The notes beneath the pieces are model-generated. The model searched no databases, had not been told where the DNA came from, and saw only the letters and a list, made by a program, of their open reading frames with translations. Below, one piece after another: positions 1 through 9,693 of a stretch of DNA of 64,000 nt (within the stretch, counting starts at the first letter, position 1; each line of letters starts with the position of its first letter). The DNA lies in contig JAURGZ010000001.1 of the NCBI GenBank assembly GCA_030833525.1, forward strand, positions 538 through 64,537. The letters are read 5' to 3'. The position numbers were made by a program, and so were the translations under genes. This stretch comes from Bacteroidota bacterium (GTDB lineage: Bacteria; Bacteroidota; Bacteroidia; NS11-12g; UBA955).

Positions 1-2244
1 AAGGCCCAGTGCTACGACTACGGTGACATTGAGTTGAACAACTTCTTCAACCGCGGCAAAGAGACCGGCGTGCGCATGTGGGCGGGTTCTTTGTGGAAGC
101 CGAACAACATGATCGACAGCATTCTGCCCGATCGCCACTTGTTCAAGACCACCTTGTTGGACAACAACTTGCTTCAGAACGGCAACAACCTGCAGATGAA
201 GGTATACGGCTGGTACAAAGACACGAACGGCTGTATCAACATCGACTCAGTGGTTCAGCGCATCAACGGCAACCCCGTGGTGGTGCTGGATACGCTATCA
301 TACTGCCAAGACTTGGGTGAAGCCCTGATGGACAATAGCATGATTCGCCCCAAGGTAAAAGTGGGTGTGAAGTTGGATTGGTCGGTGTTGGATTACCCCA
401 ACGGCGTAGACCCCAGCAGCATTTTGGTGAATAACAACCCCTGGGGTACCCCCGATTGGCGCTTCAAGTTTGGAGACCCCACCGAAGACTATTACCAGGG
501 TCAGTATAAGTTCCAGCTCTGCGTGGAAGACCAATTGACGGGCTGCCGTACTTGTGATTCTACGATCATTGACATTGTAGCCGAACCTACGGTGAAGGTG
601 AAGTCACCCGACCCTGTCTGCGTGAACTGGAAGTTGATGGAATTGTACGATTACATCACAGTCAACGGCGTTCAAGCCCAAGACGGCGACGGTTCCTTGT
701 ACGAGATCATCGAGTACAACTACAACCGCAACGACCCGAAGGTGAAGAACACCAATTTGATTGGCGGTCACCAGTTCCTTCCTGCCTTTGGAACGGGTAC
801 CTGGTACATACGCTACAGCAACGCGGGAACGGGTTGCTTGAAGCAAGACAGTTTCTACATCTACGTAAACGATACGCCCGATGCGGTGATGCAGCCCCCC
901 ATTACGGTGTGCAGCAGCTTGGGTGATTTGGACTTGACCACCCGCGTGGACAAGGCGAACACGAAGCCTGCCTCTGCGGTAGGGGTGTGGAGCGGCCCGA
1001 ACGTGAACTCAGCAACCAGCAAGTTTACGCCGGTTACCAACAAGACGGCCAACATCGAAGGCCCCCGCATCTTGACCTATGTGCTGACCGATAACAACGG
1101 TTGTACCGATACAGAATCCTACAACGTGTTTGTACGAACCCAGCCCGAGGTGCAGATCACCACGCAAAAGCCGGCTCAGGCCTGCGAACGCACTCCGTTT
1201 GCGATACAGAGCAGCAGCTTGTTCAGCGATGGCAAAGTGACTTGGACGCGCTTGAACGGCTCAGACGGTTCGATCGACAATGCGGCATCCGAGAACATCA
1301 GCTACCAGCATGGCTTGCAGGATAGCGCGAACAAAGGAGCGTATTTGAAGGTAACCACAGTGCCCATCGCCAACGATGTGTGCCCGCCGGCCTCAGATAG
1401 CATCGAGATCATCTTGCACCAGTACCCTGTGTTGACGCCATTGGCGCTGCAGACGGGATGTGTGCCCTTGCTGACTACATGGATGGCTGAAGAGAACAAG
1501 GGCATTCCTGCCTCTCAGTTGCAGTACCGCTGGACTTTTGGAAACGGCGATACCAGCAACTTGCAAAACCCCAGCATTACCTACAAACAGCAGGGCAAGT
1601 ACGACGTGAGCTTGACGGTGATCAACACGGCAGGCCCCTGCGCAGCGACGACGAGTTTGCGTCCTGCGGTAGAAGCATACCCGATTCCTGTAGCGAAGTT
1701 CGTAACCGATCCTCCTTACAGCACGACGGTGGCTTTGCCGAAGTTCAAGATTACGAACATGAGCACGATCACCCAGAGCCCATTTGCGCCCACCTTGCGC
1801 TACAACTGGGATTTTGGAACCGGCAATGCCAACGATACATCTACGATGAAGGATCCCCGCTTTGCCTATGGCAAGGATACGGCGACCTACACGATTCGCT
1901 TGATCACCACCAGCAACCACGGCTGCAGCGACACGGCTGAACGCAAAGTGGTGGTTGGGCCTGATATCATTGTATTCATTCCTGACGTGTTCACTCCTGA
2001 TGGAGCGGGTCCTCAGCGCAACAACACCTTCAACGCAGTGGCTAGCAACTTTAAAGCCTACAACATGCGCATCTACAACCGCTGGGGTGAAAAGTTGTTC
2101 GAGACTGATGACATCAACATCGGTTGGGACGGTACTGCCAACGGCGCCGAGTGCCAACAAGATGTTTACGTGTATCACATTGAAGTGATTTCATTTGACG
2201 ACAAACCCTATAAGTTCGATGGTACGGTTACGCTCTTGCGCTAA
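1..2244 (+). CDS. 5'-truncated secreted PKD/Ig-like repeat protein with gliding-motility-associated (T9SS type B) C-terminal domain
   Basis: Frame is open from base 1. PKD motifs (YRWTFGNG, YNWDFGTG). C-terminus FIPDVFTPDG..NNTF..IYNRWGE..GWDG..DVYVY..GTVTLLR is typical of type B CTDs. Confidence 0.9.
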   Translation, partial: KAQCYDYGDIELNNFFNRGKETGVRMWAGSLWKPNNMIDSILPDRHLFKTTLLDNNLLQNGNNLQMKVYGWYKDTNGCINIDSVVQRINGNPVVVLDTLSYCQDLGEALMDNSMIRPKVKVGVKLDWSVLDYPNGVDPSSILVNNNPWGTPDWRFKFGDPTEDYYQGQYKFQLCVEDQLTGCRTCDSTIIDIVAEPTVKVKSPDPVCVNWKLMELYDYITVNGVQAQDGDGSLYEIIEYNYNRNDPKVKNTNLIGGHQFLPAFGTGTWYIRYSNAGTGCLKQDSFYIYVNDTPDAVMQPPITVCSSLGDLDLTTRVDKANTKPASAVGVWSGPNVNSATSKFTPVTNKTANIEGPRILTYVLTDNNGCTDTESYNVFVRTQPEVQITTQKPAQACERTPFAIQSSSLFSDGKVTWTRLNGSDGSIDNAASENISYQHGLQDSANKGAYLKVTTVPIANDVCPPASDSIEIILHQYPVLTPLALQTGCVPLLTTWMAEENKGIPASQLQYRWTFGNGDTSNLQNPSITYKQQGKYDVSLTVINTAGPCAATTSLRPAVEAYPIPVAKFVTDPPYSTTVALPKFKITNMSTITQSPFAPTLRYNWDFGTGNANDTSTMKDPRFAYGKDTATYTIRLITTSNHGCSDTAERKVVVGPDIIVFIPDVFTPDGAGPQRNNTFNAVASNFKAYNMRIYNRWGEKLFETDDINIGWDGTANGAECQQDVYVYHIEVISFDDKPYKFDGTVTLLR

Positions 2245-2260
2245 CCACCGGCCATCTCTT

Positions 2261-2300
2261 TCATAAAAAAAGCCCCGAATCTTCGGGGCTTTTTTTATGA
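2261..2300. terminator. Bidirectional intrinsic terminator
   Basis: tcataaaaaaagccccgaa-tc-ttcggggctttttttatga hairpin with A and T tracts, between convergent genes. Confidence 0.9.
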
Positions 2301-2486
2301 ATCATGGGGTTGAAAAACCCCAATGAAGAATTATAGTCATACTTGAATGCCTTCGTCTGAATTATGAATCATGGGGTTGAAAAACCCCAATGAAGAATTA
2401 TAGTCCTACTTGAATGCCTTCGTCTGAATCAGGGGGTTGAAAAAACCAATCAAGGATCAGAGTCCTACTCGAATGGCTTCGGCCAA
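2295..2486. repeat. 67-bp tandem repeat: two near-identical copies plus a diverged third overlapping the hldE 3' end
   Basis: 2295-2361 and 2362-2428 differ at one base (2339 a vs 2406 c). A diverged copy runs from about 2425 to 2486. The two full copies contain a ggggtt-gaaa-aacccc hairpin, which is degraded in the third. Confidence 0.9.
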
Positions 2487-3446
2487 CAGACGATCGGCTT
2501 GAATGGGAACTACACCTGTTTCTTCACAAACCAGCCCCCCAGCGAGATTGCTTAAGGCAGCCAAGGTGTTCCAAGGGCATTTCTTGGCCAAACACAAGGC
2601 GGCCACGCTCACAACCGTGTCGCCCGCCCCGCTGACATCAGCGATGTTGCGAACATGAGCAGGCAGGAGGTATTCTTCTTCGCCGCACAAAAGGTATACG
2701 CCTTTTTCGCTCAGGGTTACCATGGTGGCTTGGTTGCGTAAGATGCCATTCAATTCATGAACAGCCGCTCGAATTTCGTCCATGCTCGACAGCGCCCCTT
2801 CTAAGTTCAGTCCCTCTCGAATCTCTTTGAGATTGGGTTTGAATAGGGTGGCCTTTTTATAGCTCAAGAAATTGGATTTTTTAGGATCTACAATGGTCGG
2901 AATGCCGTGCTTTTGACACAGCTCCAAAAAAGACTCGATGTTCAAGCCGTGCAATACACCCTTGTTGTAATCTTCAAAGATGACCACATCGGCATTGTCC
3001 AATTCGCGGCGAAAATGTTCTTCGAGCAAATACGAATCCAGGGTGTCCAGGTCGTCCTTTACTTCGTGGTCTATGCGCAGCAACTGGTGATTGTTGCCCA
3101 ACACGCGTGTTTTGGTAGTGGTTTTGCGCTTGTCGCTAACCAGCAGAGCACGAGTGGTCATGCCGGCGTCTTCCAACAATCGTCGCAAGTCTTCCCCTTC
3201 TTTATCGCGGCCAATGGCCGAGCATAAAACGGGAATGGCCCCAAGGGCCTTGAGGTTTAAGGCTACGTTTCCGGCCCCTCCCAGTCGGCTGTCGAAGCGC
3301 TGAACGTCGACCACAGGAACAGGGGCTTCAGGGGAAACGCGATCTACTTTTCCAATGATGTAATTGTCGACCATGACATCGCCCACAATGAGGACGCGCA
3401 CGCCGTAAAAACTCTTCATCAAATCATCGATAGCAGTCTGTTGCAT
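2457..3446 (-). CDS. rfaE1: D-glycero-beta-D-manno-heptose-7-phosphate kinase (HldE/RfaE domain I, PfkB family)
   Basis: Motifs VLIVGDVMVD..RVSPEAPVPVV, GGAGNVA and DVSGAGDTV. ATG at 3446 follows a TACCTTTG promoter. Confidence 0.9.
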   Translation of the reverse strand: MQQTAIDDLMKSFYGVRVLIVGDVMVDNYIIGKVDRVSPEAPVPVVDVQRFDSRLGGAGNVALNLKALGAIPVLCSAIGRDKEGEDLRRLLEDAGMTTRALLVSDKRKTTTKTRVLGNNHQLLRIDHEVKDDLDTLDSYLLEEHFRRELDNADVVIFEDYNKGVLHGLNIESFLELCQKHGIPTIVDPKKSNFLSYKKATLFKPNLKEIREGLNLEGALSSMDEIRAAVHELNGILRNQATMVTLSEKGVYLLCGEEEYLLPAHVRNIADVSGAGDTVVSVAALCLAKKCPWNTLAALSNLAGGLVCEETGVVPIQADRLLAEAIRVGL

Positions 3447-3466
3447 GTATGGGCAAAGGTAAGGGT

Positions 3467-4663
3467 TTAATTCAGGGCCTCGAAGGCCAGTTTGAGTCGA
3501 CGGCAAGCTTCGAGCAAGGATTCTTCAGCGGCCGCATAAGAGAGCCGTATGCAATTGGGGGCTCCGAATCCAGTTCCGGATACGCAGCTTACACCGGCTG
3601 ATTCCAAAAGGTAAAGACACAGGTCCTCGCTGCTTTCCAAGCTATTTCCTTGTGGGTCAGACTTGCCCAGGTAATGGCTTACGTCGGGGAATACATAAAA
3701 AGCCCCGGCCGGTACCGGCATTTGAAGGTGGGGAATCTCGTTCATGGCCTTGATGACCAAATCGCGCCGAGATTGAAACCGGTCGCACATTTGACGCACC
3801 TCAGACTGATCACCATTTAGAGCGGCTACTCCTGCCCATTGGGCTACGCTGTTGGCTCCTGAGGTAAACAGGCCTTGAACCTTGTCACAGGCCGCTACCA
3901 AGTCTTTGGGACCGGCTAAGTAACCCAAGCGCCAACCGGTCATGGCGTAGCCTTTGCTAAAGCCATTCACGATGGCCAGTCGATTTTGCAAGGCCTCATG
4001 GGTAGCCAAACTGCTGTGCGGCCCCTCGTATTGAATGTGCTCGTAAATCTCGTCAGAAAGGATGAACACCTGCGGATACCGCTCCAGGACCTCAGCCCAA
4101 GCGTCGAGTTCGGCCGGCGTCATAACGGCCCCTGAAGGGTTGCAAGGGGAAGAAAAGAGCAGCAAGCGAGTTTTATCGGTAATGGCTGACTCCAGCTGCT
4201 GGGCCGAAGCTTTGAAATCTTGGCTCGCATCGGTATACAGAGGTACCACTTTGCCCCCGGCATATTCTACCATGGTCGGATAGCTCACCCAATACGGGGC
4301 GGGCAAGATGACTTCGTCGCCTGGGTTTACCAAAGCCAATACGGCATTGATCAAACTTTGCTTGGCGCCGCTGCTGATGATGATTTGGTCAGCTTGGTAT
4401 TGGACCTTGTTTTCACGCAGCAATTTGTCGCAAATGGCCTGTCGCAATTCAGGTATGCCCGAAACAGGAGGGTAGTGGGTTTGCCCAGATTGGGCAGCTT
4501 CATGAGCCGCTTCGCAAATGAAAGCAGGGGTGTCAAAATCGGGCTCACCAATGCTCAAACTGATGATGTCACGCCCGGCGGCTTTGAGTTCGCGGGCTTT
4601 CTTGGTCATGGCCAAGGTTTGGCTTTCCACAATATCGGCTATGCGCTGACTGATACGGGTCAT
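3467..4663 (-). CDS. aspC: PLP-dependent aminotransferase class I/II (aspartate aminotransferase-like)
   Basis: Motifs GEPDFDTP, PCNPSG, SDEIYE and SKGYAMTGWRLGY (PLP lysine). Start moved to MTRISQ. Confidence 0.85.
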   Translation of the reverse strand: MTRISQRIADIVESQTLAMTKKARELKAAGRDIISLSIGEPDFDTPAFICEAAHEAAQSGQTHYPPVSGIPELRQAICDKLLRENKVQYQADQIIISSGAKQSLINAVLALVNPGDEVILPAPYWVSYPTMVEYAGGKVVPLYTDASQDFKASAQQLESAITDKTRLLLFSSPCNPSGAVMTPAELDAWAEVLERYPQVFILSDEIYEHIQYEGPHSSLATHEALQNRLAIVNGFSKGYAMTGWRLGYLAGPKDLVAACDKVQGLFTSGANSVAQWAGVAALNGDQSEVRQMCDRFQSRRDLVIKAMNEIPHLQMPVPAGAFYVFPDVSHYLGKSDPQGNSLESSEDLCLYLLESAGVSCVSGTGFGAPNCIRLSYAAAEESLLEACRRLKLAFEALN

Positions 4664-4666
4664 ACA

Positions 4667-4706
4667 CAAAAATACCGAATCGGGCCGGCAATTGCCCGTA
4701 TTTTTG
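4667..4706. promoter_or_regulatory. Back-to-back divergent Bacteroidota -7 promoter motifs (TATTTTTG on each strand)
   Basis: caaaaata at 4667-4674 (- strand) and tatttttg at 4699-4706 (+ strand), 3 and 4 nt before the respective start codons. Confidence 0.65.
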
Positions 4707-4710
4707 TTCG

Positions 4711-5922
4711 GTGAAGATTCTGTTTGTTGCCAACCGCATGCCTTACCCGCCATATCGGGGAGACAAATTGAAAATCTTCAATTTGGCCAAGCAATTGGCC
4801 CCTTTTCACCGCCTTCATTTGTTGACCGTGGCTGAGTCTCACGAAGACATTGCCTACGGGGAACAATTGAAAAAAATGACCCTCGACAATGGGTTGCCAT
4901 TGTTTGAGCGCATCGATTGGGTGTACCGGCCCAAGTTGAAGTCCTACGGGGCCGCCTTGTTGGGGCTGTTGGGGAATAGGCCCTTGCAACTCGCATTTTT
5001 TCGATCCCGAGCCTTTCAAAAGCGCTTGAATTTTTTTCTCGGTGAATCGTACGACGCCATTCACGTGCAACACTTGCGCATGGGGCAATATTTTGATGGT
5101 TCTGTTCCCGCTAATGCCGTTTTGGATTTGCCCGACGCGTTTAGCTTGTATTGGAAGCGCAGGCGCGACCAAGCTCGAAATCCCTTGCTCAAATGGTTCA
5201 ATGCCATGGAATATCGACGCATGAAAATCTGGGAACAGCGATTGCTTCCTCAGTTTGCGTTGAACTTGGTCTGTTCCCACGAAGACCGGGCCTATTTGCA
5301 AGAACATTGTGGTTTGGCTCAAGGCCAACTCAATATGCTTCCCAATGGAGTTGACACCGATGCTTTTGCACCCCAGTCGGTCGATTCACCGAGGGCTCAA
5401 GTCTTGTTTACCGGGAACATGGATTATGCTCCCAATGTAGATGCCGTTGCATGGTTCGCTGCTGAGATTTGGCCAGAGGTATTGAAACAAGTGCCCCACG
5501 CGAAATGGATCATAGCCGGTCAACGGCCGGTGGCCTCGGTGCGGGCTTTGGAAAGTGAATCCATACAAGTGCTGGGTTTTGTGCCCCATTTGGCTGATGC
5601 CTACGCCCATGCTCAGGTGGTGATAAGCCCATTGCGTTTGGGTGCGGGTACTCAAAACAAGGTTTTGGAAGCCATGAGCATGGCCAAAGCGGTTGTGAGC
5701 AGTGAGGTTGGATTTTACGGATTGGGCATCGAATCTGGGCAAGGCGTGGTGTTGGCCAAGACGGCGGCTGAAATTGCCAAGGCCACCGTCGCGTTGTTGC
5801 AGAATCCTGATCAGGCTGTTGACATTGGCCAAAAAGGTTATGAGTTGGTTCAGTCTCGATTTGCTTGGAGGGTAGTAGCCAAGCAATTGGAAAATTATTT
5901 ACAAGGCATTCGAAGGGATTAG
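4711..5922 (+). CDS. Glycosyltransferase family 4 (GT-B)
   Basis: Motifs PYPPYRGDKL, PNGVD, FTGNMDYAPNVDA and GAGTQNKVLEAMSM. Confidence 0.88.
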   Translation: MKILFVANRMPYPPYRGDKLKIFNLAKQLAPFHRLHLLTVAESHEDIAYGEQLKKMTLDNGLPLFERIDWVYRPKLKSYGAALLGLLGNRPLQLAFFRSRAFQKRLNFFLGESYDAIHVQHLRMGQYFDGSVPANAVLDLPDAFSLYWKRRRDQARNPLLKWFNAMEYRRMKIWEQRLLPQFALNLVCSHEDRAYLQEHCGLAQGQLNMLPNGVDTDAFAPQSVDSPRAQVLFTGNMDYAPNVDAVAWFAAEIWPEVLKQVPHAKWIIAGQRPVASVRALESESIQVLGFVPHLADAYAHAQVVISPLRLGAGTQNKVLEAMSMAKAVVSSEVGFYGLGIESGQGVVLAKTAAEIAKATVALLQNPDQAVDIGQKGYELVQSRFAWRVVAKQLENYLQGIRRD

Positions 5923-5960
5923 GGCACTCAAATCAGGCCCAGTACGTGTATATTTGGGCT

Positions 5961-8900
5961 ATGAGAAAAGTGCTTTTTGTACTCTGTTCAATAGCCGCAA
6001 TGACCTCGGGCATTGCGCAGTCAGGTGATTCCATGACCAAGCTTTTGCTCGGCCAAGTGAAGTTCAGAAACATTGGTCCAGCCAAGACAAGCGGTCGCGT
6101 GGTTGATTTTGCCGTTAATCCAGATCAACCTTCTCAATATTACGTAGCTACGGCCTACAGCGGCGTCTGGAAGACAGACAACAATGGCACTACTTTTCAA
6201 CCCATTTTCGATCGTTATGGCACCCAGAGCATCGGGTGCGTGGCCATCAATCCGCAGAATGTCAACGAAATATTCGTAGGGACGGGCGAGAACAACAACC
6301 AACGCAGCGTGGGCTATGGAAATGGCCTGTACAAGAGCAGCGACGGGGGTAAGAATTTTCACCTCGTGGGCTTGAAAAACAGCGAACACATTGGCAATGT
6401 GGTGTTTCACCCCAGCGAAAAAGGCACCCTCTATGTGTCGGCCTACGGTCCTGTTTGGAGCAAAGGGGGAGAGCGAGGCGTTTACAAAAGCACCGACGGG
6501 GGTGAAACCTGGGTGCAGATGCACAAAGTTTCAGATTATACGGGTTGCAACGAAGTGCACATCGATCCCAGCAACCCTGCCATTGTTTATGCAGCCTATC
6601 ACCAGCGCATGCGCCATGAATATACCTACCTGGGCGGTGGGCCTGAATCGGCGGTGTACCGTTCGATTGACGGTGGCAAAACCTGGAAAAAGCTAAACGG
6701 CGGCCTGCCAGGGGGTGATTTGGGAAGAATAGCCTTGGCCTTGCCCGCTGACCATAAGGGTTGGATTTACGCCATGGTAGAAGGTTCCAGTGACAAAGGG
6801 GGTATTTACCTATCAAAGGATTTCGGCGAAAGCTGGGTGAAGCAGAGCTCTTACCAGACTTCGGGGAATTACTACCAAGAATTGGTATTGGACCCCAATG
6901 ACGGGGAGACGCTCTTCATGTTGGATACCTACCTTCACGGTTCAAGCGATGCTGGAAAAACAGTAAAACCGCTGTCTGAGACTTATAAACACGTAGATAA
7001 CCACGCCCTGTGGGTAGACCCGTCGAACTCGAGCCATTGGTTGGCAGGTTGCGACGGCGGCATCTATGAAACCTACGACAAAGGAGCGCAGTGGATTTTT
7101 AAGTCCAACCTGCCCATTACTCAGTTTTACCGGGTTTCGGTAGACAATTCAGAGCCTTTCTATAACGTCTACGGTGGAACCCAAGACAACTACAGTTTGG
7201 GTGGCCCCAGCCGCAACAACAGCAACAACGGCATTGGCAGTGAAGAGTGGTTTGTGACGGTAGGGGGAGATGGTTTTAAATCTCAAATTGACCCCTACAA
7301 TCCCAACATCGTATATGCGCAATGGCAGTACGGTGGGTTGATTCGTTTCGATCGCCAAACCGGTGAGGAGTTAGACATCAAACCCCATGTAGGGCCCGGG
7401 GAACCCGCATTGCGCTGGAATTGGGATGCGCCATTGCTGATTTCTCGTTACAACCCTGCTCGTTTGTATTTCGCAGCGAATCGCGTTTTTGTAAGCCCTG
7501 ATCGCGGGAATTCATGGAAGGCCATTTCAGGGGATTTGAGCCAGCAAATCGACCGCAACAAGCTGCCCATCATGGATCAAATTTGGGGATTGGATGCGGT
7601 AGCCAAGAATCAGAGCACCAGTATTTACGGCAACATTACCTACTTGTGGGAGTCGTTTCACGATTCCCTGACTTTGTTCGCGGGGACCGATGATGGGGTT
7701 GTACGCTATACCCAAGACGGGGGATTGAGCTGGAAAACCTGCAGCCAAAATTTCCCGGGTGCTCCGGCCAATACCTTTGTTTCCTCGATTTACAGTTCGC
7801 GATTCGACGCCCAAACGCTTTATGTCACCTTAGACAACCATCGCAGGGGAGATTACAAGCCTTATGTGTTCAAGAGTACGAATTTGGGTAAGACTTGGGT
7901 AGCCATCAACACCGGCATTCCTGCCAATGCTCCCATCAAGTGCTTTTTGGAGGATTATAAAAACAAGGATCTGCTGCTAGTCGGGCATGAGTTCGGTATG
8001 GTCATCAGTTTCAATGGAGGGAAGACTTGGTACAATTGGAACGGCGGCTTGCCGCCCATCGCCATCAAGGATATGGTGTTTCAGGAGCGCGAAGATGATC
8101 TGGTAGTTGCCACTTTCGGCCGCGGATTCGCCGTGTGCGATGACTTTCATGTGCTGCGCGATTTGAGCGGAATCGGTCAATCAGCGGCATTGGCAACTAT
8201 GACTGGTTCTTCAGCCAAGGCGAGCTCAGCCATATTGACGGTAGAAAAAGCCGATTTATTTGGAGAATCATCCCCTTTGGGTCGTCCCGGCAATGGATTT
8301 GTAGGCTCCACTCGTTATTTCGCTCCCAATCCCGATTTTGGGGCTCAAATCTATTTCTACAATGCCGATGAGTATAAAAGCATTGAAGACCGCCGCCACG
8401 AGCGCGAAAAGGCGTTGGCAACAGATAAAATGGCCCAAGTTTATCCGCAGAAAGATTCCATTTATTGGGAGTCGGTAGAGGCCTTGCCAGAGTATTTCAT
8501 TCGCATTCGACTGTCTACGGGCACCCAATCGGTGGCCATGATTTCAGTGCCGTCTGGGGTTGGATTCAAAAAAGTTTCATGGAACCTGCGCTATACAGAC
8601 CGATCCGAATTGCCTTCAGGGAAAAATGGCAAGCCTGAATCGTCAGACTTTGTTCCCGAGGGTTTGTATGTCGCTGATTTGATGCGTTTGCATCAAGGTC
8701 AATGGATCACCTTAGCGACGGGCCAGCCATTTGAAGTTCGCCGCTTGTTTTCTTCCAGTTTGGCTCCCGCTTTGTCTCAGGCTGAACGTGAAATTTTCCA
8801 AGCTCGTGCAGCCGAAATTCGCAAGGAATTGTCTTTGATGCTTCGCCTGTTGAAAGAGTTGAATGCAGGTTTGGAGGAGTTGAGCCATTTGGAATACGTA

Positions 8901-9230
8901 CTCAAGCCCACTGACAAAGGAGATTTGAAAACGGTGGCCGAGTTGCAGAGTCAACGCTTAGCACTGGATTTGGCCATTAACGGAAACCGTGCCTTGGCGG
9001 GTCATGAATTTGAAACGCCTGAATCCATTACAGAACGCGCAGGAAACCTTTGGTATTATGCCAATAGCTCTACCTATGGCCCGACTCTGAGTCACCAACA
9101 AGCCTTGTCAGAGGTTGCGCAAGAAATGCAGCAGGTGAGAGTCGATATGGCAGCCGTTTTAAAGGCGTATGAAGAACTTGTGATGTCTTTGCGTGACAAA
9201 GGCTATCCGACGCCGGTATTGTTTCGCTAA
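5961..9230 (+). CDS. Secreted BNR/VPS10-like beta-propeller (glycosyl hydrolase-like) protein
   Basis: Signal peptide, FRNIGPA..SGRV, many S.DGG.TW BNR repeats, GGTQDN and VVATFGRG. Confidence 0.85.
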   Translation: MRKVLFVLCSIAAMTSGIAQSGDSMTKLLLGQVKFRNIGPAKTSGRVVDFAVNPDQPSQYYVATAYSGVWKTDNNGTTFQPIFDRYGTQSIGCVAINPQNVNEIFVGTGENNNQRSVGYGNGLYKSSDGGKNFHLVGLKNSEHIGNVVFHPSEKGTLYVSAYGPVWSKGGERGVYKSTDGGETWVQMHKVSDYTGCNEVHIDPSNPAIVYAAYHQRMRHEYTYLGGGPESAVYRSIDGGKTWKKLNGGLPGGDLGRIALALPADHKGWIYAMVEGSSDKGGIYLSKDFGESWVKQSSYQTSGNYYQELVLDPNDGETLFMLDTYLHGSSDAGKTVKPLSETYKHVDNHALWVDPSNSSHWLAGCDGGIYETYDKGAQWIFKSNLPITQFYRVSVDNSEPFYNVYGGTQDNYSLGGPSRNNSNNGIGSEEWFVTVGGDGFKSQIDPYNPNIVYAQWQYGGLIRFDRQTGEELDIKPHVGPGEPALRWNWDAPLLISRYNPARLYFAANRVFVSPDRGNSWKAISGDLSQQIDRNKLPIMDQIWGLDAVAKNQSTSIYGNITYLWESFHDSLTLFAGTDDGVVRYTQDGGLSWKTCSQNFPGAPANTFVSSIYSSRFDAQTLYVTLDNHRRGDYKPYVFKSTNLGKTWVAINTGIPANAPIKCFLEDYKNKDLLLVGHEFGMVISFNGGKTWYNWNGGLPPIAIKDMVFQEREDDLVVATFGRGFAVCDDFHVLRDLSGIGQSAALATMTGSSAKASSAILTVEKADLFGESSPLGRPGNGFVGSTRYFAPNPDFGAQIYFYNADEYKSIEDRRHEREKALATDKMAQVYPQKDSIYWESVEALPEYFIRIRLSTGTQSVAMISVPSGVGFKKVSWNLRYTDRSELPSGKNGKPESSDFVPEGLYVADLMRLHQGQWITLATGQPFEVRRLFSSSLAPALSQAEREIFQARAAEIRKELSLMLRLLKELNAGLEELSHLEYVLKPTDKGDLKTVAELQSQRLALDLAINGNRALAGHEFETPESITERAGNLWYYANSSTYGPTLSHQQALSEVAQEMQQVRVDMAAVLKAYEELVMSLRDKGYPTPVLFR

Positions 9231-9238
9231 AAGGCTTT

Positions 9239-9610
9239 ATGGCGGCGAAATTGACTAGCGATGAACGCATCGCCCGAATGACCTTGTCTTCGGTGTATCC
9301 TTTGTATAGGCAAAAGGTAGAAAGAAAGGGGAGAGGCGAAGCCGAATTGAAAACAATCTTGGCTTGGTTCCTGGCTGTCCAGTTGGAAGAATTCGATGCT
9401 CTTTTGGCTGAGCCCATTTCCTTCGAAGCCCTATTTCAAAACCGCCAGCTATGCGCAGAAACGGAACTGGTTGGCGGTAGCATCTGCGGCATTCGCATTG
9501 CTGACATAGACAATGAACTCACTCAAAAGGTAAGGCGCTTGGATAAAATTGTAGATGAACTGGCGCAGGGTAAGGCGTTATCCAAAATCATGCGCAAGTT
9601 GGATGTATGA
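9239..9610 (+). CDS. DUF2200 family protein
   Basis: SVYPLY..KVERKGR..ICGIR..LDKIVDELAQGK pattern. Confidence 0.75.
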   Translation: MAAKLTSDERIARMTLSSVYPLYRQKVERKGRGEAELKTILAWFLAVQLEEFDALLAEPISFEALFQNRQLCAETELVGGSICGIRIADIDNELTQKVRRLDKIVDELAQGKALSKIMRKLDV

Positions 9611-9643
9611 ATGCGTCGACGTTATTTGCCTGATGAGGCAAGG

Positions 9644-9680
9644 CATAAAAAAAGCCCCGAGCAATCGGGGCTTTTTTATG
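9644..9680. terminator. Bidirectional intrinsic terminator
   Basis: cataaaaaaagccccga-gcaa-tcggggcttttttatg between convergent genes. Confidence 0.9.
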
Positions 9681-9693
9681 GAGCAAGAATGGA

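Noticed and set aside
1393-2178. 261-aa antisense ORF
   Set aside because: It lies wholly opposite a well-supported CDS and has no recognisable motifs; a codon-bias shadow.
2295-2486. Possible mini CRISPR array (hairpin-bearing repeats at a 67-bp period)
   Set aside because: The would-be spacers are near-identical to each other and derive from the adjacent gene end, and there are no cas genes in the window.
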